Shown here: in pieces, positions 20,454-31,008 of the stretch
Position numbering within the stretch: the stretch's first letter is position 1
Layout of the letters: each line of letters opens with the position of its first letter
Origin: an uncultured delta proteobacterium
GTDB taxonomy: Bacteria > Desulfobacterota > Binatia > HRBIN30 > BPIQ01
Direction: 5' to 3'
Length of the DNA: 64,000 bases
Assembly (NCBI GenBank): GCA_963761335.1
Contig: CAVXGR010000012.1
Span: 790,602-854,601 of the forward strand
Program-made: the position numbers and the translations under genes
Notes under the pieces: generated by a model
Told to the model about the DNA's origin: nothing
The model's input: the letters and a program-made list of their open reading frames with translations, nothing else
Databases searched by the model: none

Positions 20454-21694
20454 CGGGGGTCGCGATCGACCGCAGCCCGCGGCGTGCGGGGACGGAGCGG
20501 TTCGCCGGCGATCCCTCGCTCCCGACGCCCATGGACGGGCTGCTCCTCCGGGCCGCGCTCCTCCCCGGCGAGCCGGGGCGCGTCGCCTGGGAGGCGTGGA
20601 GCCGCGAGGTCGACCTCGAGGCGACACCGCACGGCTCGACGCGTCTCTTTCCCTTGCTCCACCACGCCGTCAGCCGGCGGGGGGAGCCGGCGAGCCCGCT
20701 GGTCGACACGCTCCTCCGCTTCCGGCTGCAGAGCTGGGCCCGCGGTCAGCGCATCCTCCGCGGCGCCGCGCGCATCTTCGCCCGCCTCCGCGCGGCCGGC
20801 ATCCCCTGCACGGTCCTCAAGGGGGCCGCGCTCGCGCCGCTCGACTACGGCGACTGGGACCAGCGGTCCATGATCGACATCGACGTCTTGGTCCCGGCGC
20901 CCCGGGTCGGCGAGGTGTTCGCGCTGCTCGTCGCCGATGGCTGGCGCTCGGTCTACGGCGAGGGGCGGCGGCTCGAGACCCTGGTCCGCGTGGTGCATTC
21001 GTGCGGCTTCCGGCACGCGGGGACCGGCCTGGAGGTCGACGTCCACTGGCACGCGCTCTTGCAGTGCTGCACCGATGCCTCCGACGAGGAGCTCTGCGAG
21101 GGCGCGGTGCCGCTCGACCTGCACGGGGTCGCGGTGCGCGCCTTCGCACCCACGGCGCGGCTCTTCCACGTGTGCGTCCATGGCTACCTCTCGAACGTCT
21201 ACAACCACGCACGCGATGCCTACTGGGCCGCGGACGCGGCGGTGATCCTGCGCGCGCGCGGCGCCGAGGTCGACTGGGAGCGCCTCGTCGCCTTGGCGCG
21301 CAAGCGGCGCGTCGGCTGGGCGCTTGGGCGCGCGCTCGGCTACCTGGTCGACGAGCTCGACGCGCCGGTCGCGCCGCAAGTCCTGGCGCAGCTCAGCGGC
21401 TGCGAGCCCGTGGGCGTCGAGCGGCTCGAGGCGCTCGCCGGCCGGATCCAGTGGGACCGGGGCCGCCTGCTCGTCCTCTTCGCGTGTCGCTGGCTTCGCC
21501 TCCGGCAGCGGGAGGACATGCGCGGCCTCCGGGGTCTCCTCGAGTATCTTCGCTGCCTCTGGGACCTCGATCGGACGTCGCACATACCCGGTGTCGCGCT
21601 GCGCAAGGTGGCGCGCAACCTTGGACACGGCGTTACGTGGGCGCTCGCGCGCCGCTTCCGCGCCTCGGCCGCGGCGCCGAGGCCCGCCCCGTGA
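20450..21694 (+). CDS. Nucleotidyltransferase family protein (NTP_transf_5-like)
   Basis: LKGAALA, RSMIDIDVLV, VDVHW. Confidence 0.8.
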   Translation: MTGVAIDRSPRRAGTERFAGDPSLPTPMDGLLLRAALLPGEPGRVAWEAWSREVDLEATPHGSTRLFPLLHHAVSRRGEPASPLVDTLLRFRLQSWARGQRILRGAARIFARLRAAGIPCTVLKGAALAPLDYGDWDQRSMIDIDVLVPAPRVGEVFALLVADGWRSVYGEGRRLETLVRVVHSCGFRHAGTGLEVDVHWHALLQCCTDASDEELCEGAVPLDLHGVAVRAFAPTARLFHVCVHGYLSNVYNHARDAYWAADAAVILRARGAEVDWERLVALARKRRVGWALGRALGYLVDELDAPVAPQVLAQLSGCEPVGVERLEALAGRIQWDRGRLLVLFACRWLRLRQREDMRGLRGLLEYLRCLWDLDRTSHIPGVALRKVARNLGHGVTWALARRFRASAAAPRPAP

Positions 21695-21723
21695 GGCGCA
21701 CTGGCTACTTCGCTGATCCGCCT

Positions 21724-22050
21724 CTACGCTGCGCGCCGATACTCGTGGTGGAGACCGTCGAGAACCGGGATCGCCACCACGGTATCGCCGGGATCCGCGA
21801 ACGGCTCTTGCCCGTCGGGTACTTTCTGTCCGATACCTTGGTGCGGCCGCGCGTTGTTGAAGGAGCGGCAATAGCGCCGAAGGATCGAAGCGAACGACCG
21901 CTTGCCCAGGATGATCAGGTGGTCGAGGCACTCGGCACGCACGCTGCGCAGGAAGCGCTCACAAATGGCATTGGCGTTCGGCGCACGCACCACCGTTCGC
22001 AGGATCTGGATCCCCGTAGCGCGCGCGAGCGCGTCGAATCCGCGCGAAAA
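21724..22050 (-). pseudogene. C-terminal fragment of an integrase-core (DDE) transposase
   Basis: APNANAICERF..SVRAECLD, RPHQG, GLHHEYRRAA; abuts the tRNA 3' end. Confidence 0.8.
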
Positions 22051-22055
22051 AGAAG

Positions 22056-22140
22056 CGGAGGGGGGGAGATTCGAACTCCCGGACCCTTGCGGGTCGCCGG
22101 TTTTCAAGACCGGTGGTTTAAGCCACTCACCCACCCCTCC
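22056..22140 (-). tRNA. tRNA-Ser(TGA)
   Basis: GGAGGGG acceptor stem, CCGGT-CT-TGA-AA-ACCGG anticodon arm, long variable arm, GTTCGAATC; no encoded CCA. Confidence 0.95.
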
Positions 22141-22288
22141 GGCCGTCCGCCATCCGTAGCCCGGAGCGGGCCGCGGGTAAAGCAGGGGGACAGTGCGTCA
22201 TGAACCTTGCGGTTCACCAATAGACAATGAAAATGAGGCTGGGAATCTGCCCCGGGAAGAGATTTGGCAATTCTCGCCTGGGCGAAGT

Positions 22289-22546
22289 TCGCCCCGGAGG
22301 GGCGTGGGCATGTAGCCCCGGGTGAAACCCGGGGAAAAATGCGCGGCCCGTCATGCGCGCCCCGCCAGGGGCGCGGGCAAATCTTCGTCGATGTCGCGCC
22401 TGTACGCCGATGATCGCCGCTGGGTGCGTGGGTAGCTCATACGCGGCCTCTACGCCTGCGCCCCTGCGGGGCGCTGGTCTGGGCCAATCGGAACGCGGTC
22501 CCCGGGTTGACACCCGGGGCTACATGCCCGCGCCCCTCCGGGGCGA
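22289..22546. repeat. REP/REPIN-like nested palindromic element, copy 2
   Basis: Same architecture as 10265..10488. Confidence 0.8.
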
Positions 22547-22766
22547 CAAGCCTCCACGCCAAGCGCCGGGGCTCCGACAGACCCTCCGGGGCGATGAGCT
22601 CCCCACCAAGTGCCGAGGCTCCGACAGACCTTCACCCAACAGATTTTCGAAGCAGGCATCTTTTCGGCGGCACACGCTGGGGCCGCCGAAAAACAGCCTG
22701 TCCCTCTGCCGCCTTCTCCCCTTCTCCGCTGGAAGCCCGGGGCATGCCGTAGGATAATCCGCGGCG

Positions 22767-24662
22767 ATGCGGATCCTCTTCGTCGCTCCCTACGTGCCCT
22801 CGCGCCTCCGGGTGCGCCCGTATCAGCTGATCCGCCACCTCGGGCGACTGGGGCACCGGGTCACCGTGCTGGCGGCGCGCAGCAGCGCGCGCGAGGAGGC
22901 CGAGGCGGCGGAGCTGGCGGCCGAGTGCGCCCGAGTCGAGACCGTGCTCGTGCCGCGGCGGCGCTCGCTCTGGAACTCGGCGCGGGGGCTGCGCGGGCGC
23001 CTGCCGCTGCAGGCGATCTACAGTCACTCGCCGGCACTGGAGCGCCTGGTACGCCGCGAGCTGGGGCGCGGCGAGACCGATCTCCTGCACGTCGAGCACC
23101 TGCGCTCCGTGGCTCTGAGCCTCGACTTCGAGGACGTGCCGCGCATCTTCGACTCGGTCGACTGCATCAGCGCCCTCTTCGCGCAGACTCTGCGCCACTC
23201 CGTCTCGAGGCGGAGCCGCGCCATGGCGCGGCTCGAGCTGGAGAAGACGCGGCGCTTCGAGGGCTGGCTGGTGCACCAGTTCGACGGCGTCCTGGCCACC
23301 TCTGCCGCCGACGCCGCGGCGCTGCGGGCGCTGGCGGCGGAGTCCACGGCGGCGGCGGCCGCCGACAAGGCAGGATCCTTCGAAGACGCGATCGCGGTGC
23401 TGCCGAACGGCGTCGATCTCGAGTACTTCCGTCCACGCCCGGAGCCGCGGCAACCGGCGACGCTGCTCTACGTCGGCCGCATGAGCTACCACGCCAACGT
23501 CACCGCAGCCCTGTCGCTTCTGCGCGAGATCATGCCGCGCATCTGGGCGCGGCGCCCCGACGTCCGTCTGCTGATCGCCGGCGACGCACCGGCGCGGCGG
23601 CTGCGCGCCGCGGCGGCGCGCTGTGGCGAGCGCGTCACCCTGACGGGCTACCTCGCCGACCTGCGCCCGATCTTGGCGACGGCCACCATCTCGGTGAGCC
23701 CGCTGGTGTACGGCGCCGGCATACAGAACAAGATCCTCGAGGCGATGGCCATGGAGACGCCGGTGATCACCACCGCCCGCGGCGCCGAGGCGCTGGCGGC
23801 GCGTCCCGGCGAGGATCTCATCGTCGCCGCCGACCCGGCCGACTTCGCCGAGGCCACCCTGCACCTCCTCGATGACGGTGAGCTCCGTTCGCAGCTCGGC
23901 GGCGCCGGGCGGCGCTACGTGGAGAGCCATCACGACTGGCGCGACATCTGCCGGCGACTCGAGGGGCACTACACCGAGGCCGTGGACCGCCACCGCCGCC
24001 GTCGCGCCACAGCCTCCGCGCCCACACCAGCTGCGGCACCCATCTCTCTGCCGGCGCGACCGGCGGGGAGTATCGCAAAGGAGATTCTCGATCGCGGCAG
24101 CGCCCTTCTCGGAATCCTGCTGCTGCTGCCGATCCTGGCGCTGATCGCCGCCGCCGTGCGCATCTCCTCACCCGGCCCGATCATCCATCGACGCCGCGTG
24201 CTCGGCATCGGCGGCGTCGAGTTCGACGCGTTCAAGTTCCGCACCATGGTCGCCGACGCCGACGAGCGGTTGAGCGCCGACGCCGCCCTGGCCGCCGCCT
24301 ACAGCACCAACATCAAGATCCGCAACGACCCGCGGGTCACGCCCCTCGGCGGCCTGCTGCGCAGCCTGAGCCTCGACGAGCTGCCGCAGCTCGTGAACGT
24401 CGCCCGCGGCCAGATGAGCCTGGTGGGGCCGCGGATGATCTCGCCCGTCGAGGCGCCCCGCTATGGCACCGCCCTGGAGAAGCGGCTGACCGTCAAGCCC
24501 GGCATCACTGGCCTGTGGCAGGTGAGCGGCCGGCAGGAGGTGGGCTACCAGCGGCGCATCGAGCTCGACCTGGAGTACATCGACAACTGGTCCCTGTGGC
24601 TGGATCTGGTCATTCTGCTGAAGACGATCCCGGCGGTGCTGAGCATGCGCGGGGCGTTCTGA
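22767..24662 (+). CDS. GT4 glycosyltransferase fused to a priming phosphoglycosyl transferase (WcaJ/WbaP-like domain)
   Basis: PNGVD and NKILEAMA; C-terminal [37 protein letters not shown]. Confidence 0.9.
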   Translation: MRILFVAPYVPSRLRVRPYQLIRHLGRLGHRVTVLAARSSAREEAEAAELAAECARVETVLVPRRRSLWNSARGLRGRLPLQAIYSHSPALERLVRRELGRGETDLLHVEHLRSVALSLDFEDVPRIFDSVDCISALFAQTLRHSVSRRSRAMARLELEKTRRFEGWLVHQFDGVLATSAADAAALRALAAESTAAAAADKAGSFEDAIAVLPNGVDLEYFRPRPEPRQPATLLYVGRMSYHANVTAALSLLREIMPRIWARRPDVRLLIAGDAPARRLRAAAARCGERVTLTGYLADLRPILATATISVSPLVYGAGIQNKILEAMAMETPVITTARGAEALAARPGEDLIVAADPADFAEATLHLLDDGELRSQLGGAGRRYVESHHDWRDICRRLEGHYTEAVDRHRRRRATASAPTPAAAPISLPARPAGSIAKEILDRGSALLGILLLLPILALIAAAVRISSPGPIIHRRRVLGIGGVEFDAFKFRTMVADADERLSADAALAAAYSTNIKIRNDPRVTPLGGLLRSLSLDELPQLVNVARGQMSLVGPRMISPVEAPRYGTALEKRLTVKPGITGLWQVSGRQEVGYQRRIELDLEYIDNWSLWLDLVILLKTIPAVLSMRGAF

Positions 24663-24849
24663 GCGACCCACCGCCACCGAGACTCCGCGGTGCGGTAGTC
24701 GTTCGAGGCGCCTCGCCGGCGCTGACGCGATGTCCGTCGCGGTTGTACGCGTGCCCCATGGTGCGCAGGAACTGGAACTGATTCGATTCGTCCGGAAAGA
24801 ACTGCATGGGGATCCTCCTCATCTGCGCGCGTCTTCGTCCTGGCGAGAT

Positions 24850-25680
24850 TTATCGCGGGACGCCGCGAGAGCGGCGCAGAGCTTCGGTCCAGCGCGCAAT
24901 CCGACTGCGCCGTAACTGCACCGCCCGCAAGACGCGGTCCGATCGCCAGTCGTAGCGGAAGGGGCCACTGGAAAATCCAAAGAGCTCCCGCTGCTCCGGG
25001 GTGAGGGCGGCGGCGACTTCCGGGGAGAGGCTCCGCGAGAAGTCCCAATGGGGGCGCATCCACGGGCGGGCAAAGAAGGCGTGCAAAGCCCGCCTCTCGT
25101 TGCCGGTGCGATTGCCACTGCCGGCGTGCCAGAGCCCTCCGCTGTAGGCGATGAGACTTCCGGCCGGCACCTCCACGAACACCGCCTCCTCCTCGGCGCG
25201 CTCCACTTCGCCTGCATCTCCCGTCCAACGCCGATCCTGGCTTCCGGGCACGACCCGCGTGCACCCGTTCTCCCTGGTGAAGTCGTCGAGAGTGTGGATG
25301 GCATTGATGCACAGGATCATTCCGGGCACCGTCTCCTCCTGGTCGATGTGCAGCGACTGCCTCATGCCGCCCGGCGTCATGGTCAGACCGTTGAGGCTGC
25401 CGAGCACGCAGCTGCGCCCAAGCGCGGCGCGCATCAAGGAGAGCAGCGAATCTCGCAGACAGAACGAGCGGAAGAGGGGATGCTTCTGAGGCAGCATGTA
25501 GGCGACCCTGTAGGCCTCATTGTGCCAGCCTCGGCGGCGCCCGACCCGCTCCTCTCGCCCGAGAACCTCATCCAGGGCGCGTCGGGCTTCCGCGATCTCC
25601 GCGCTGCTGAGCACCCCCTCGACCACGGCGTAGCCCGTGGAGTGCAGCCCATCGAGGAAGCTCTTCACTGTCCCGTCCAC
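24850..25680 (-). CDS. Phytanoyl-CoA dioxygenase-family Fe(II)/2OG enzyme
   Basis: HID, DDFTRENGCTRVVPGS, LWHAGSGN. Confidence 0.8.
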   Translation of the reverse strand: MDGTVKSFLDGLHSTGYAVVEGVLSSAEIAEARRALDEVLGREERVGRRRGWHNEAYRVAYMLPQKHPLFRSFCLRDSLLSLMRAALGRSCVLGSLNGLTMTPGGMRQSLHIDQEETVPGMILCINAIHTLDDFTRENGCTRVVPGSQDRRWTGDAGEVERAEEEAVFVEVPAGSLIAYSGGLWHAGSGNRTGNERRALHAFFARPWMRPHWDFSRSLSPEVAAALTPEQRELFGFSSGPFRYDWRSDRVLRAVQLRRSRIARWTEALRRSRGVPR

Positions 25681-25970
25681 GGTTTCCTCCGCAGCTCGTA
25701 TAGCGCATGCGCGCATCCGGTTTTCAAGACCGCGGCAGGCATTGAGGCAAAGGAGGGACCGGCCGGGTGAAAGCTGGTGGATCTTCGCGGTGTTCAAAGA
25801 GATCGGCGCCCTCACCCCGGCCCTGTCCCGCCGGCAACAATGCGGGAGAGGGAGCCCGCGCCCGCAGCCGCGTGAAAATCGACGGGCAGTCGTTGTCAAT
25901 GCGGCGCATTCCCCAAAACAGGACAGTACTGCTGGCGGGGCGGGCCCGCTCGGGATATGAAGCCGGAGCG

Positions 25971-26756
25971 ATGGGAGACACACAGCCGCTGCCGCGGGTG
26001 CTGCGGCGCCGCGGCGAAGGCCTCGCCGAGCGGCTCCGCCTCTACGTCTCGTGGCAAGCGGAATCGACAGGGCGCTACGCCCTCGAACAGGCGCTGCAGT
26101 CGCTGTGCGGGTGGGTGCCGACAGTCGCCGGCATCGGGCTCCGCGCCCTCGCCTATCGCCTCATCCTGCACATGGACGGCACCGCCGCCATCGAGAGCGG
26201 CGTTCGCCTGCGCTTCGCCAGCCTCATTCGCCTCGGCGACGGCGCCTACCTCGACACGGGCGCCTACCTGCACGCCTGCCCCGCCGGCATCGACATCGGC
26301 GCCGGCACGCTGGTGATGCACGGCGCCGTCCTCCACGTCTACAACTTCCGCGGCCTCCCCCACTCCGGCATCCGCATCGGCCGCGACAGCCTGATCGGCG
26401 AGTACACGGTCATCCGCGGCCAGGGAGGAGTCAGCATCGGCGACCGCGTCTACACCTCGCCGCACTGCCAGATCATCGCCGTCGATCACGTCTTCGACGA
26501 TCCGGCGCGCCCCTTCGTCGAGCAGGGAATCACGGCGCGCGGCATCGCCGTCGAGGACGACGTCTTCATCGGTGCCGGCGCCATCGTCACCGACGGTGTC
26601 CGCATCGGCCGCGGCGCCGTGGTCGCCGCCGGAGCGGTGGTGACCCGCGACGTCGAGCCGCACACCGTCGTCGGCGGCGTGCCGGCGCGCCCCTTGAGAG
26701 CCGTCGGCGACAGCGAACGGCGTGGCGACCAGCAACCCCCCGAGGTGTACTTCTGA
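25971..26756 (+). CDS. Hexapeptide-repeat O-acyltransferase
   Basis: Left-handed beta-helix repeats; [19 protein letters not shown]. Confidence 0.9.
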   Translation: MGDTQPLPRVLRRRGEGLAERLRLYVSWQAESTGRYALEQALQSLCGWVPTVAGIGLRALAYRLILHMDGTAAIESGVRLRFASLIRLGDGAYLDTGAYLHACPAGIDIGAGTLVMHGAVLHVYNFRGLPHSGIRIGRDSLIGEYTVIRGQGGVSIGDRVYTSPHCQIIAVDHVFDDPARPFVEQGITARGIAVEDDVFIGAGAIVTDGVRIGRGAVVAAGAVVTRDVEPHTVVGGVPARPLRAVGDSERRGDQQPPEVYF

Positions 26757-27997
26757 TGAGCCGCCCCGCGACCCTCTCGGTGGTGGTGCCCGCCTACAAC
26801 GAAGAGGGCGCCATCGCCTCGGTGCTTCGCCGCATCCTGGCGCTGCGCCTGCCGCTCGAGCAGCGCGGCCTCGCCGGCCCCGAGGTGATCGTCGTCGACG
26901 ACGGCTCCCGCGACCGCACTGCCGAGATCGCCGCGTCCCTGCCGGGCGTCGAGGTCGTGCGCCACCGCAGCAACCGCGGCTACGGAGCCGCCCTCAAGAC
27001 CGGACTGGCGCGCGCCGCCGGGGATCTGGTGGTCTTTCTCGACGCCGACGGCACCTATCCTCCGGAGGTCGTGCCGCAGCTGTGCGAGGCAGCGCTCGCC
27101 GGCGCCGATGTGGTCATCGGCTCGCGGATGGCGACCGCACACAACGGCATGCCGGCGAGCCGCCGCTTCGGCAACCGCGTCTTCGCCGGACTGGTCACCC
27201 TGCTCGGCGATCGCCGCATCCACGACTGCGCCAGCGGCATGCGGGTCGTCCGGCGCGACGTCCTACCCCGCCTCTACCCTCTTCCCGATGGCCTGAACTT
27301 CACGCCGATCATGAGCCTGCGCGCCGTCCACGAGGGTCTGCGGCTGGTGGAGGTGCCGATTCCCTACAATGAGCGCGTCGGCGAGTCCAAGCTGCGCGTG
27401 GTGCGCGACGGCCTGCGCTACGCGCAGTCCATCGTGTGGACGGCGCTCGGCTACAACCCGGTGCGTGTCCTCGGCATTGCCGGCCTGGGTGGCGTCGGCA
27501 TCGCCGCCGCCGTCGGCCTCGGACTGGTGGCGGCGCGCGCCTCGGGAACCACGACCCTCGGCCCCTGGGGAGTGGCGGCCATCTTCACCGCCCTGGTCGC
27601 CGGCGTCGGTGGCGTCAGCCTCTTCAATCTGGGGGTGATGTTCAACTATCTCGTCGCCCTCTTCCGCCACCAGCCGGTACGCACCGGCCTCTTCGGCCGG
27701 CCGCTCTTCGACCCCCCGCTCGACCGCCACTTCGGCTGGCTCGGGCTGCTGGCGTGCGGCGCCGGGCTGCTGGTCGCCGCCGTGGCCCTCGCCCTGGGGG
27801 TGCGCGGCTGGGAGATCGACCGGCTGTGGCTCTATCTCGTGGGCAGCGCCTCGGTTATCCTCGTCGGTGTGCAACTGATGATCTCCTGGGTGGTGATGCG
27901 CACACTCGAGGATCTGTCCGAGCGGGAGGTGCGCGGACGCCGCGATCTCGCCGGCGTGAGCGACGAGGCCGCGGACGCCGAGAGCCGCTGCGCATGA
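26756..27997 (+). CDS. GT2, polyprenol-phosphate glycosyltransferase-like, with C-terminal TM helices
   Basis: PAYNEE, NRGYGAAL, DADGTY, RVGESK, about 4 TM segments. Confidence 0.88.
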   Translation: MSRPATLSVVVPAYNEEGAIASVLRRILALRLPLEQRGLAGPEVIVVDDGSRDRTAEIAASLPGVEVVRHRSNRGYGAALKTGLARAAGDLVVFLDADGTYPPEVVPQLCEAALAGADVVIGSRMATAHNGMPASRRFGNRVFAGLVTLLGDRRIHDCASGMRVVRRDVLPRLYPLPDGLNFTPIMSLRAVHEGLRLVEVPIPYNERVGESKLRVVRDGLRYAQSIVWTALGYNPVRVLGIAGLGGVGIAAAVGLGLVAARASGTTTLGPWGVAAIFTALVAGVGGVSLFNLGVMFNYLVALFRHQPVRTGLFGRPLFDPPLDRHFGWLGLLACGAGLLVAAVALALGVRGWEIDRLWLYLVGSASVILVGVQLMISWVVMRTLEDLSEREVRGRRDLAGVSDEAADAESRCA

Positions 27998-29709
27998 GCG
28001 ACGAGCGCAAGCAGATTCCCGAAGAGCTGCGCGACAATCTCGGCACGCGTCGTGTCGTGCGCCTGCCGGAGCCCCGCTTTCCCGACGCCGATGCCATCGC
28101 CCGCGGCGGAGCCGCGGCGCGGCTCCAGCGGAGCAAGGTCGACGTCCTGCTAGTCAACCCTCCGGCTCCGGACGGCGGTATCTGGATCCGCAGCCAGCAC
28201 CGCGTCGGCCGGCGCAGCCGCGAGAACATGATCTGGCCGCAGGTCAGCTTGGCGCAGATGGCGGCTCTGCTGGCGCCCGACTACTCCGTGGAGGTCGTCG
28301 ACGCGATCGCGCTGCGCATGTCCTGGAGCGAGTTCGAGCAGATCCTCCGCGACCGGCAGCCGCGCTACTACCTGACGCAGGTGACGGCGCCGACCTTGAC
28401 CAACGACATGTACGGCGTCTTCCTGGCACGCAGCCTCGAAGCGCGCACCCTCGCCTTCGGCACGCACGTGACGCCCATGGCGCGGGAGACGCTGCGCGCC
28501 TACCCTGCCCTCGACTTCGTCCTCCGCGGCGAGCCCGAGATGACCCTGCGCGAGCTGATCGACTCGCTCGAGTGCGCCGCCGGCCGCTGGCAGGTCAACG
28601 AAGACGGCAGCCTGCGCGACCCGCGTACGGGCGCGCCGCCGGAGGGCCATCGCGTCATCTGGCCGATGTGGCAGGGGGCCGATCCGGGCTGGCGCCCCGC
28701 CTGGAGCTTCGGCGCCGCCTCGGACGACGACGGGTCGGGCCTCGGGGCGATCGCCGGCCTCGCCTGGAGGCGCGCCGGGGAGATCACCGTCAACCGCGAC
28801 CGCCCCTTCTTCAAGAGCATGGACGACCTGCCGATGCCGCTGCACCATCTGCTGCCGCTCGACCGCTACCGCATGCCGATGATCAAGGGCTCGTACACTT
28901 TCATCGTCACCAGTCGCGGCTGTCCGGCCGGCTGCAAGTACTGCATCAAGCACGTCAGCTACCAGTACTCGGTGCGGCTGCGCTCTCCGCAGAAGCTGCT
29001 CGAGGAAATGCGCCTGCTGCACGGCCTCGGCATCCACCACATCCACATGTACGCCGACCTGTTCACCGTGAACCGCGAGCAGGTGATCGAGCTCTGCCGG
29101 CTCATCCTCGAGGATGGCCTGAAGATGTCGTGGACCTGCAACAGCCGCGTCGACTACGTCGACGAGGAGATGCTGCGCCTCATGGGCCAGGCCGGCTGCA
29201 TGCTGATCGCCTGGGGCATCGAGAGCGGCAACGAGCTGATCCTCAAGCGCGCCCACAAGGGCTACAAGATGGAGCAGGCGCATCGGGCGCTGCGCTGGGC
29301 GCACGCCGCGGGGATCAAAAACTGGGGCTACTTCATCATCGGGCTTCCCGGTGAGACGGTGGCCTCCATCCGCGAAACGATCGAGGCGTCCAAGGCGCTG
29401 CCCCTCGACATCGCCCTCTTCCACGTCGCCGCTCCCTACCCGGGCACGCCCTTCTTCTTCGAGGTGATCGAGAACGGCTGGTTCCGCCCGGGCACCAACT
29501 GGGAGGAGATCGACATGGACGAGGCCACGGTGCTCGACTACCCGGAGCTGAAGGCCGAGGACCTTCTCTACTGGCAGAAGCGCGCCTTCCGCGAATGGGC
29601 GCTGCGCCCGGGGCCGGCGTGGACGTTTCTGCGCAGCATGAACAGCTGGCAGGGCTTCCGCAGCGCCGTCGACATCGGCCTGCAGACGCTCGGCTGGGTG
29701 CGGGGCTGA
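27994..29709 (+). CDS. B12-binding radical SAM protein (HpnJ-like architecture)
   Basis: RGEPE B12 domain; SRGCPAGCKYC; GIESG; IIGLPGET. Confidence 0.9.
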   Translation: MSDERKQIPEELRDNLGTRRVVRLPEPRFPDADAIARGGAAARLQRSKVDVLLVNPPAPDGGIWIRSQHRVGRRSRENMIWPQVSLAQMAALLAPDYSVEVVDAIALRMSWSEFEQILRDRQPRYYLTQVTAPTLTNDMYGVFLARSLEARTLAFGTHVTPMARETLRAYPALDFVLRGEPEMTLRELIDSLECAAGRWQVNEDGSLRDPRTGAPPEGHRVIWPMWQGADPGWRPAWSFGAASDDDGSGLGAIAGLAWRRAGEITVNRDRPFFKSMDDLPMPLHHLLPLDRYRMPMIKGSYTFIVTSRGCPAGCKYCIKHVSYQYSVRLRSPQKLLEEMRLLHGLGIHHIHMYADLFTVNREQVIELCRLILEDGLKMSWTCNSRVDYVDEEMLRLMGQAGCMLIAWGIESGNELILKRAHKGYKMEQAHRALRWAHAAGIKNWGYFIIGLPGETVASIRETIEASKALPLDIALFHVAAPYPGTPFFFEVIENGWFRPGTNWEEIDMDEATVLDYPELKAEDLLYWQKRAFREWALRPGPAWTFLRSMNSWQGFRSAVDIGLQTLGWVRG

Positions 29710-29736
29710 GGGAACCCGCCCGGCGAGGCGGTCGAC

Positions 29737-29769
29737 AACCGCAGAGGCGCTCGCTGCGCCTCTGCGGTT
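29737..29769. terminator. Hairpin between convergent genes
   Basis: AACCGCAGAGGCGC-N5-GCGCCTCTGCGGTT, perfect 14-bp stem. Confidence 0.6.
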
Positions 29770-31008
29770 TCCATCGCCTCGCCGGTGGCGCTCCCAGGCG
29801 CCCGCCAAGCGGTCGACGGCGAGGGCGGCGAAGACGATCAGCAGCGCGTCGCTGGGCAGCCGGTAGCGCGGCGCCGCCCACGAGGTCAGGTGCAGCGCCG
29901 CCTCGAAGCCGACGTAGAGATAGAGCGGAAGGCACCGCCGCCAGGCGTTGCGGGACAGCGCCAGGCCGTAGAGCATGAACGGCAGGTAGAGAGTGAACGA
30001 GCCGACGCGGGAGAGGTTCGCCAGCAGCGTCGAACGCGAGGTGGGCAGCAGGCAGAAGTACTGCGGCACGCGGCTCAGCGACAGGCGCACGAAGCGCCAC
30101 GGGTCGGCGAGGATGAAGTGCGCCGCGTCGCGGTAGAGAGCCCGATCGATCGCCGGCTCCCCGAGCCCGCGCAGGTTCTCCGGCAGCGGCGCCACGTACC
30201 CGGGATCGAAGTGGGTTCCCTGGTGCGGATGGTTCGCCGAGTAGAAGAAGAATCCGCCGTTCGAGTTGAGCAGCAGAAAGTCGCCGAAGACGGCGTAGTT
30301 GTAGGCCGTCCACGGTAGGACGCAGGCGGCGGCCACGGCCAGCGAGGCCAGAGCCTGACGCCAGCGCCGCCGGGGGCCGGCATTCCAGAGGATCCACCCA
30401 AAGAGAAGGGGCACGAAGAGGAGCAGCGTCTGCCGCAAGACCGCGCCGATACCGATGATCACCCCGAGCAGCAGCCAGCGCCGGAGCGACGGCTGCCGGC
30501 TGAGATCCACCGCCACCGAGACTGCCGCCTCCACGGCGATGATATAGAACGTCTGCGTCATCAGAGCCGCGGCGAAGAAGACGAAATACGCGTACAGCGC
30601 CGTCAGCGCCGCCGCGATCCAACCGACGCGCTCCGTAAACAGCTGGCGGCCGAGGCGGAAGCCGAGCCAGCACATCAGCAGCGAGAGGAATACCTGGATG
30701 AGCCTGGCCGCCAACGGATGATGACCGAAGACGGCGTACACCGCGGCGAGGTAGACGGTGTAGAGATACGACCAGTGCGCCGTGGGCTCGTTGGCGGCCG
30801 TGAACGGGTACCACGGCCTCGGAAAGCTGAAGCCGTATCCACCGAGCAGGCGCTGCGCCAACATGTCGTACGAGATCTGGTCCGCCGCCCCGGAGATGCT
30901 GTGCACCCGATCGCCCAGGAAGAAGGCGGCGAAGAGCCGCGCCGCCAGACCGACGGCGATCGCCGCCAGCATCAGGCGCCGCAGGCGGCCACTGGCCAGC
31001 CCGCTCAC
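29750..31008 (-). CDS. GT-C (PMT/ArnT-like) membrane glycosyltransferase; no stop at the expected end, ORF runs on to 28150
   Basis: Multiple TM segments, DQISY, PWTAYNY, NSNGG, PRYRLP; 3' end uncertain. Confidence 0.75.

Noticed and set aside
21724..22134. 136-aa ORF as an intact gene
   Set aside because: Its N-terminus is a translation of tRNA-Ser; the rest is a transposase fragment
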